From: Macrostomum lignano
Taxonomy: Eukaryota
Length of the DNA stretch: 64,000 nucleotides
Assembly (NCBI GenBank): GCA_002269645.1
Contig: NIVC01003869.1
Location: forward strand, 8,810-72,809
Direction of reading: 5' to 3'
The notes under the pieces are model-generated. The model was given only the letters and a program-made list of their open reading frames with translations, did no database searches and was not told the origin of the DNA. Shown here in pieces: positions 55,931-64,000 of this stretch (the first letter of the stretch is position 1; every line of letters starts with the position of its first letter). The position numbers and the translations under genes were made by a program.

Positions 55931-56789
55931 GGGGTCTAGATCGCTAGTCCCAATTGCTCAATATCATATTGGAAAATGGAAAATCTATGAATAGCACAAC
56001 CTTTCAGACACTAAACAAAAGAAAAATATATGCACGCAATAGATTTTTTATGCAGAGTTTTAATTTAGAACCAATATGGCATTGCCTTTGTTTTAGCGGA
56101 TTGGCAAAATTAAACTAATTAAATTCCACTTCTACAGGCTATGCGTGCACCAATACACGTTTTTTTTCTCTATTGCTTACGTCAAGGCAAAGACTAGGGC
56201 GCCCCTTAGTCTCTAAGTAGTCCCTGGTTGTGGCGCCCCTTACTACTGGCGCCCCCCTCGCATGGGTTCATGTTTACAATGACACTCTCCCCATTAGATG
56301 GCGCCACACGGTTTCGACCTCTAAATATGCTCCCAAATCGGAAATCCTGACAAGAATTGTAGCTTGTAGAAAAAAAATCATATATAAATTTTCTAATAAA
56401 TAAATTTTAGTCAGAGATTTGGGGTGCTAGCATCTCTCACAGGATTCCGTTGCTATGGTAACAAGCAAAGCAACGCAATCCGGAATCGTAATTAAATAAA
56501 CTACAATAAAGTACTATCTAAAATACCCGGAAAGCTATAACAATTATTAATTGATTTAATAAATTCAAACCTCATTGACGAAATAAAAACCATTGAAGTT
56601 TTAAAAATAGAAATGGACAGACAAAAGTCAAAACTAATTGAGTTTCGGCAAAATCAAAGACTATGAATTTTCATGTCTCTGCATTTCAATGCATGCTTCA
56701 GAAAAACTCGAAACGCAAATTAATATTCTTTTAAGTTCGCTCACATGGTAGTGATGTGGTTGACAGATGTGGTTGATGCCAAGCATGAG

Positions 56790-57043
56790 ACACCAAGAGA
56801 CAGGGGGCGCCTACCAAGAGACAGGGGCGCCTACCAAGAGACAGGGGCGCCTACCAAGAGACAGGGGCGCCTACCAAGAGACAGGGGCGCCTACCAAGAG
56901 ACAGGGGCGCCTACCAAGAGACAGGGGCGCCTACCAAGAGACAGGGGCGCCAACCAAGAGACAGGGGCGCCTACCAAGAGAGAGGGGCGCCTACCAAGAG
57001 ACAGGGGCGCCTACCAAGAGACAGGGGCGCCAACCAAGAGACC
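56790..57043 (+). repeat. 20-bp minisatellite (CCAAGAGACAGGGGCGCCTA), same family as 1-1303
   Basis: About 12 units. Confidence 0.93.
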
Positions 57044-57277
57044 AAATATAGGCATATCGGCATCCCTTAGGTTTGCGACCTCTACAGTTTAAATTCCTTC
57101 GATTCCTGCCCCTGTCTCTGTCTTAGTCTTTGTCCCTGTCCCTGTCTTTGTTCGCCCTGTCAGTCCAGCAGCCTGTCGCGTTGAATACATCCGGGACGCG
57201 AAACCCTAATTCGGCTGATATGTCTGCATGGGGAAATTTCTCACACAGGTTTGTATTCAGACATGGGTGTACGGCAC

Positions 57278-57510
57278 ATCTATAGATCCTCAATAGGGAT
57301 AGCAGTGCTTATCTATAGATCCTCAATAGGGATAGCGGTGCTTATCTATAGATCATCAATAGGGATAGCGGTGCTTATCTATAGATCCTCAATAGGGATA
57401 GCGGTGCTTGACTATAGATCCTCTATAGGGATAGCAGTGCTTATCTATAGATCCTCAATAGGGATAGCGGTGCTTGACTATAGATCATCAATAGGGATAG
57501 TAGAGTTAAA
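57278..57510 (+). repeat. 33-bp minisatellite (CTATAGATCCTCAATAGGGATAGCGGTGCTTAT)
   Basis: About 7 units. Confidence 0.9.
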
Positions 57511-58194
57511 CTATAGATGCATTTATACAGGCATATAGACATATAGACATCTATAGACATTTCATTGCAAATGGTTTCTGTAGAAGACAGACACATTGCC
57601 TAAAAGCGGCATCCACGCAGACAAAGCGTCCTTTCTGTCAGTATGCTCTAGACAAAAAATGAATCAACATTCTATAAATAAAATTTTAATTTCAATAGAC
57701 ACTCTCGCATGACTTAATCATTATCGTCGGTGCATGAACAACTATGGAATAAAAATACTCGGAATTACTGCGTATTCATTGCTGCAGTGTGCTCTCGAAA
57801 AATCTAATTTTTCTAACGTGGATTTTTTTTCACTCAGTTTGTCTGAGTTTCTCAGAATCCCACATAAATGCAATGACGATACGGAAAATACGCGTTCATC
57901 AACGGCGTCCGGGTCTTTTCTAAGAAAACTCGAGTTGTAGCGCAACCTTCTGCTTCAGTTGCATCATAAATGTAACATAGAACATCTGTGATTTCACTGC
58001 GCTTCGATCCAATTTCTCTTAATTTTAAAAGATGAAAATCAATTTTGGAAACGAAAAATTCTATAGAAGTCGCGATTAAATCCGTTGAAAAACACTTAAA
58101 AATCACAAATATCTGAAAGCACTTTTTCAAAGCAAGTGGAGGTGAGTCTAAATGCAAAATAAAAGAATAATCAAATTTATCGGAAAAACGCCCA

Positions 58195-58407
58195 CCTGCC
58201 GACCCACCAACGCGCTCTGGCGCTATTGGCTAAGCTTACTCGAATTGTCTATAAATACACACTTTTAAAAGCTTGACAGTATTCGCTTACACAATATCCA
58301 AATAAACATCGCTTTTTGAAAAAAACCCTACCGGTAAGTTACAAACCGTTATTAGTAGCCGTATGGGTTTGCCGTTACATTTTACAGGTACGTTTCACCT
58401 GTTTCAG
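58195..58407 (+). promoter_or_regulatory. Promoter and 5'UTR intron of peptide gene copy 1
   Basis: CCCACCAACGCGCTCTGGCG-ATTGGCTAAG module, TATAAATA at 58250-58257, intron 58334-58407 (gtaagt...tttcag). Confidence 0.75.
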
Positions 58408-58419
58408 ACTCTGGTCACC

Positions 58420-58776
58420 ATGAGAGCAGCAGCTGGTCCCATTGTCCTGCTCGTTCTCCTGTCGGCCATCTGTTATCAAGCCGTGAACGCTCGGCCTTTC
58501 AAGTCGCCATCGAACCGACACATTTTCGAGACCGACGACCAAGCAGAGCTCGTTCAGCTGATGCGTCGACTGCTCATCGAGGAGAAGATGATCCAGCGTG
58601 AGCAGCAGCAGCAGAGGCAGTTCGAGGAGCACTTCGATCCATCTAAAAATCGTCCCTGGAACGCCGCCGAGAATCCAGCTGGCTTCCTGGTGGTGCCGAC
58701 ACCGCCAGGCCCGATTGTGGAGCGTCGCTTCAAGCCGAGCGTCACCCCGTGTCTGCTGAAGTTTTGCACCTGGTAA
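58420..58776 (+). CDS. Secreted cyclic-peptide precursor, copy 1 (118 aa); predicted mature peptide FKPSVTPCLLKFCTW
   Basis: Signal peptide MRAAAGPIVLLVLLSAICYQAVNA, acidic/Gln-rich pro-region, RR cleavage site, C-terminal C-x4-C; ATG context CACCATGA; AATAAA near 58873. Confidence 0.85.
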   Translation: MRAAAGPIVLLVLLSAICYQAVNARPFKSPSNRHIFETDDQAELVQLMRRLLIEEKMIQREQQQQRQFEEHFDPSKNRPWNAAENPAGFLVVPTPPGPIVERRFKPSVTPCLLKFCTW

Positions 58777-59219
58777 ACTTGGATCGGCGGAGAGCTCACG
58801 TCGATATTTTCTCTTTGAATCAATCGATCCTAAAATTATGCGATTAGCTGAATTTCCCAAACAAATGAGGGCAATAAATAAAAAATTCCGCCAGCTTTTG
58901 TTCGAAAATCCTATATTTTAATGTCTTTCGCGGCAACACTTCATCGGTTTTACGTTTGACGATTTAAAATAATAAATTTAATACAGCTTGAGAGACTTTG
59001 AAGCTCATATGCATTTTCTCGCTGAATTCTAGAGACTGCATGCGAGATGCAAAAAGTTGTTTGATTTAAATTATTTTTTACTCAGTTCTTCACTGTACAA
59101 ACTGCATGGTTCACTGCAAATAGCCCTGCATGTACAGCTAGCTGGCTCATGTACCGAAGGCTACTCAAGTAGAAGGACGGGAACTATGCGTTTCTTGGAA
59201 AATTTTAGGAGACAGGTTT

Positions 59220-59390
59220 TAGGAGACATGTAAAAAATACATTACAAAAGATAGGAAGTTCTCATTTTTCAGCACAAAAATTGTTATTGCTTTTAATAGA
59301 GGAGAGATCCAGTGTTCCTATTTCGATATGTCCTGCCTTTCTTATTGCTCTATTGACATTCAGAAAGCTTTCTGTTTAGAAAATTACGAA
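59220..59390. mobile_element. Partial copy of the 54334-54801 MITE arm
   Basis: ATAGGAAGTTCTCATTTTTCAGCACAAAAATTGTTATTGC... Confidence 0.55.
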
Positions 59391-60894
59391 CCTCGAGTTA
59401 CCGCCTAGACAAAGAGAGGCCTTTCTCGCTAATCGTTATTTCAAATAGTCTGACTTAAAAGCATGTTGCTGAGCAAACAACCGGCAATCTAAAACTACAG
59501 ACAAAACCAGACGCAATGAGTGCAGTTTACGGAATGATCACCTTCAGCTTTACTTTAGCTTTGATTTTAACCCCTAACAATGTCAGAAGTTAAGGTGTCA
59601 GTACCACTCCAGTTTGCGGATGAGGCTTCATTAATTAAGGGAAGCATAACTTGATACTTGTTTTACTATCGGCCCAGTCATCGATCGCAGACTCGACTTC
59701 CCCAAGCGTCCAGGAAACGTCGCCTCCTACTGTCGCATGAGTTGCCGATGCCAATTCTTCTAGGACCTAGCCTTGCAGGGGTCCCCAACCTGAGGTCCAC
59801 AGGCCATTTCTGTGTGGCCCGAAGCCCTCTTTCCAATTTTTTCATTGCATGCAGCCCGCCGAGTCGCCTGTATTCTTTGTGATGCGGATATATGGCATTT
59901 AAGCCTGCGAATGACTATCCGCTCGTCGGCCAATTGAAGGCGAACGTGCAGGCTAAAAATAGACGCGAAGCATGGTTTTCCTTGATAAGAAGCGCACCAG
60001 TCATCTCCCTAAATTTGCATCGACTTTGAGAAACAGACATTTTTAATTTTTGTGTACTTTTTGTGGCCCGCGTATCGTATCCAATGTCTACCACTGAGTC
60101 CTAGCCAATCGGTCATCAAGACTTTCGAGACAACCAGGAGGTGCTCAGAACAGTACAGAACACTGATGTCGGTTTTAGGGGTGCCACGTCGTGCTAAGCA
60201 CCAAGCTCCAAATTGAGCAACCGTAAATTAGCCGGAATCGCCTCTTCGATGAGTCTCTGAACTTCCCAGAAAATATCCCTCCACAGCAAGTCAGTCCACA
60301 GCCAAGGACACCACAAGACTGACTCTAAAACCACGCCTTGAAAAACCGCCCGCCAACAGGATGATCTACCGTTCAGCACATCGCTCATGATTGATCAAAT
60401 AAATATTTTACCCACTCTGCAAATGCTCGCGGTGCGCGGTTTACATGTACAGATATAGACGACACGTACCTGCAACCTAGAAAAACTGTCAAGAGACCAC
60501 ACATTGTGGACAAGCCCGCGCAGACGTACACTCGACCTCTCAATGGCCTCTGCTGAATGGCACCCAGATTCTTAAATACAATAGTTGTCCTTCTTCGGGC
60601 CAGTGCGATTCAGATATATGGACCTACAGAAACTTCAGTGAGGCATCTGAAGCTCATATGAACCGGACTAGACAGACAGAAAAGCATCGAATTACTGCAT
60701 CGTCGACTTATGTAGTACCAACTACAATTAAATGCATCGATATCATGCTTTCTCTTAATTTTTCCATTTCCAAGCTAATAAAAATGTAGGCAATGAGAAA
60801 AATCATGTCGCTAAAAATCCAATTAACAAGCACTTATAAATCAATTAGCTACCATTCGACTAGATCTCAAAGAAAGATAATTTTTCTGGAAAAC

Positions 60895-61123
60895 GCCCAC
60901 CTGCCAGTCCACCAACGCGCTCTGGCGCCATTGGCTAAGCTAATTGTCTATAAATACAACTGTTTTACGAGCTTGCAAAATTGCTAGCACAATATCCAAT
61001 TTCCAGACTAGCACCCTTCTTGAAAAACCCAATCGGTAAGTTACGAACAGTTACTGCTGCAACTGCCAGTAGCCGTATGTGTTTCTCATGTCGTTCTGAA
61101 TCGGTACGTTTCACCTGTTTCAG
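60895..61123 (+). promoter_or_regulatory. Promoter and 5'UTR intron of peptide gene copy 2
   Basis: Same module; TATAAATA at 60949-60956; intron 61036-61123. Confidence 0.75.
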
Positions 61124-61135
61124 ACTCTGGTCACC

Positions 61136-61492
61136 ATGAGAGCAGCAGCTGGTCCCATTGTCCTGCTCGTTCTCCTGTCGGCCATCTGTTATCAAGCCGT
61201 GAACGCTCGACCTTTCAAGTCGCCATCGAACCGATACATTTTCGAGACCGACGACCAAGCAGAGCTCGTTCAGCTGATGCGTCGACTGCTCATCGAGGAG
61301 AAGATGATCCAGCGTGAGCAGCAGCAGCAGAGGCAGTTCGAGGAGCACTTCGATACATCTAAAAATCGTCCCTGGAACGCCGCCGAGAATCCAGCTGATT
61401 TTCCAATGGCACCAACACCGCCAGGTCCGATTGTGGAGCGTCGCTTCAAGCCGAGCGTCACCCCGTGTCTGCTGAAGTTTTGCACCTATTAA
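61136..61492 (+). CDS. Secreted cyclic-peptide precursor, copy 2 (118 aa); predicted mature peptide FKPSVTPCLLKFCTY
   Basis: Near-identical paralog of copy 1; AATAAA near 61632. Confidence 0.87.
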   Translation: MRAAAGPIVLLVLLSAICYQAVNARPFKSPSNRYIFETDDQAELVQLMRRLLIEEKMIQREQQQQRQFEEHFDTSKNRPWNAAENPADFPMAPTPPGPIVERRFKPSVTPCLLKFCTY

Positions 61493-63064
61493 GCTTGGAG
61501 CCTCCGAAAGCTCAGAAAGATCGGGCACTCGAAGTGAAGTCTAACAAACTTATCTTAGCTAGTGCTGAACCCACCTGTCTTTTAATTTCAACTAATTGAT
61601 CATAAAGTTATAGAGTCGAATGTCCCCGCTCAATAAAAAAATCGTGCAAATTTTCTTTCCAGAAATCCCCTATTTTGAACAAGCCTTTTGTGGCCAAGTT
61701 TTATCGATCTTATCGGTAATGGCTTCAAATAAATCCTTTATTACATCTTGGGACAGAAAAACTCTTGGTAGCATATTGTCTCTCTTAATTCGCTCGTAGC
61801 GAGATCGCAAACAGTGGTTTGATATTTTTTCATTTTTTGACTTAATTCTCTATCGTATAGACTAGATGTAGCTCAGAATTTTGCATTTCAATGCATTTAG
61901 ACTGTACGTATCGAGCCATAGTAGATGTACATGTGCTGGCACCCTGAATATGCAGCGCTTTGCTGACAATCGATTAACTATAATTTTAACCACTCTGGTG
62001 ATGATGCACATGTATGCATGAGTATGAGTAATTGCGGCCTTGAACCATCCAAAGACAAGAAAACACAAATTCACCGGTTGGATGTTTCTGCTCTCAGGCG
62101 CGCCCCAGGGTCGCCGATTTTTCCAAGTCAGTAGTTATCACGGCGCTCAGCCTTTAAGTATCCCATCGGTGACACCTGGCATGGATACTATTTAACAGTC
62201 CAACTTTAGCATTATATTTTTCTCTAATCGATCACAAACATAGACAGATTATACCTACCTACCGACAAACATTTTTTAGCATAATTTTATACGTTAGTCC
62301 CCATGAACATGTAAAAAGCCAAGTCTGGCTTCTGTGGAATAAAGGTGTTTAAAGCAGCAAGCATGTACTCCCATCCTGATATCAATCTTGATAGCTTATT
62401 AAATTTCCCTCGTGTGTCATGGCCGAGCCGAGAATTGAATCGCCGTCGTTCTAATCTAACATTGGGCCTTCAAAACGTCCAGATTCCAGAGATTTACAAG
62501 GAATAATCCCATCGAGCGCGCTTGCGATTCTATCAAGACGGTGTGAATCCAGCGACATATTCCGTCACAGTATGCACTTGTGGAACCCGACGCAGGCAGT
62601 CGCTTAAATTGTGTACGACAGTATCTGATTGGCCCCTCTACGAGTAGTCGGTTGTCGTCTTGGTATGGACTTGAAAAACCACATAGAAGCGATAAAAATT
62701 GGTAACTAACTAATAATAATGACGATAATTCCATTGCGCATTATGTAATTGAAAAAAACATTTTATTTAAATTTTACTATTTTACCAATTTAATTTTAAA
62801 TTTTACCAATTTTACTATAGTAAATTAAAAAATGACGACCATCAATTGACTTAATTGACTTACAAAGTTCAGAGCGACAGATGCGTCGATTTGATGCTTT
62901 CTCTTAGTTTTTTTCAAGCTGATAAAAAATTAAATAACGAAAAAATGAAATGGCTCGATAATCAGTGTAAAAGCTGTTGAAAATTTTCAATTATCTGTCC
63001 ATCAGTTAATAAAAAAGTGGAAAGTCTGTGGCTAAAAAATAATTTATCAGGACAACGCCTACTT

Positions 63065-63282
63065 GCCGCCGGCCCACCAACGCGCTCTGGCGCCATTGGC
63101 TAAGCTTATTGTCTATAAATACAGTTGTTTTAGGCGCTTAACAAATTCGCCTACACAATTTTCTGATTAACACGCACTTCTTAAAGAACCCAATCGGTAA
63201 GTTACGAACCGTTATTACTGCAACTGCCAGTAGCCGTATGGGTTTGCCGTGACATTTTACAGGTACGTTTCACCTGTTTCAG
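63065..63282 (+). promoter_or_regulatory. Promoter and 5'UTR intron of peptide gene copy 3
   Basis: Same module; TATAAATA at 63114-63121; intron 63197-63282. Confidence 0.75.
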
Positions 63283-63294
63283 ACTCTGGTCACC

Positions 63295-63656
63295 ATGAGA
63301 GCAGCAGCTGGTCCCATTGTCCTGCTCGTTCTCCTGTCGTCCATCTGTTATCAAGCCGTGAACGCTCGGCCTTTCAAGTCGCCATCGAACCGATACATTT
63401 TCGAGACGACGACCAAGCAGAGCTCGTTCAGCTGATGCGTCGACTGCTCATCGAGGAGAAGATGCTCCAGCGTGAGCAGCAGCAGCAGAGGCAGTTCGAG
63501 GAGCACTTCGATCCATCTAAAAATCGTCCCTGGAACGCCGCCGAGAATCCAGCTGGTTTTCCAATGGCACCAACACCGCCAGGTCCGATTGTGGAGCGTC
63601 GCTCCAAGCCGAGCGTCACCCCGTGTCTGAGTAAGTTCTGCACCTGGTCAACTTAA
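63295..63656 (+). pseudogene. Peptide precursor copy 3, with a 1-bp deletion near 63407 (pseudogene or assembly error); C-terminus SKPSVTPCLSKFCTWST
   Basis: GAGACGACG versus GAGACCGACG in copies 1 and 2; the downstream paralogous frame is intact to TAA at 63656. Confidence 0.7.
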
Positions 63657-64000
63657 AGCCGCGAATAGAGAGAGCGAGAGATCGAGGATAGCGACAGATT
63701 GGGCAATCGCAGTGAAATCTAACACACTTTAATAACTACAAGCAAGAAATTGCGTTTTGATTTAATGAAGTTTAACCTGTCTGTCTTTTGATTTTTTTTG
63801 GACTGAACGAATCGATCCTGAAATCTCCGGTTAGCTGCATGTTCCACTGGACTGCGAGAACAATAAACTAAATCCAATAAATCAAGTTTTGGTTTGAAAG
63901 TTCTCTTTGTAATAGTTATGTCTTTGTCTTATTACGAGTGCTGCCCAAAATACGTCCAAACAGTGTATTTGAAATCGTGTCTAGAACTTATTTTTATTGC

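Noticed and set aside
56449-56462. Single X-box GTTGCTATGGTAAC upstream of the peptide cluster
   Set aside because: An isolated match about 2 kb from the nearest start site; not distinguishable from chance.
58420-58776. Assigning the peptide to allatostatin C, somatostatin or vasopressin/oxytocin
   Set aside because: AstC has a C-x6-C ring ending PISCF and somatostatin has FWKT in a larger ring. Oxytocin-type C-x4-C peptides follow the signal peptide directly and are followed by neurophysin. None of these fits, so no gene symbol is given.
58375-58860. Minus-strand ORFs over the peptide genes (also 60965-61528 and 63428-63643) and over TRPM/CLASP exons (for example 52500-52859 and 13075-13503)
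   Set aside because: Antisense shadows of GC-rich coding exons; the promoter, splice and polyA signals all support the + strand.

Overview
Eukaryotic (metazoan), intron-rich genomic DNA with GC-rich exons and introns packed with mini- and microsatellites. The style suggests a free-living flatworm such as Macrostomum, but that is inference only. Contents from left to right: (1) the last two coding exons of a CLASP gene; (2) a 21-exon TRPM-family channel gene (+, 8835-52872, about 1,790 aa by manual splicing) with 3-4 N-terminal ankyrin repeats, an MHR/SLOG region, 6 TM segments, a TRP helix, a coiled coil and a degenerate C-terminal NUDT9-H domain; its last intron (22.65 kb) is almost entirely a 42-bp satellite of about 535 copies; (3) a disrupted DEG/ENaC channel gene nested antisense inside a TRPM intron; (4) a 3' LINE fragment and a family of hAT-like MITEs; (5) a tandem cluster of three secreted peptide-precursor genes whose predicted mature peptide has a urotensin-II-sized Cys ring (CLLKFC), each with the same CCAAT/TATA promoter module. 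Several consecutive TRPM introns are filled with tandem repeats of transcription-factor consensus motifs (ETS, RFX X-box, CCAAT). All exon boundaries were derived by hand from GT-AG signals and frame continuity; no database search was run.
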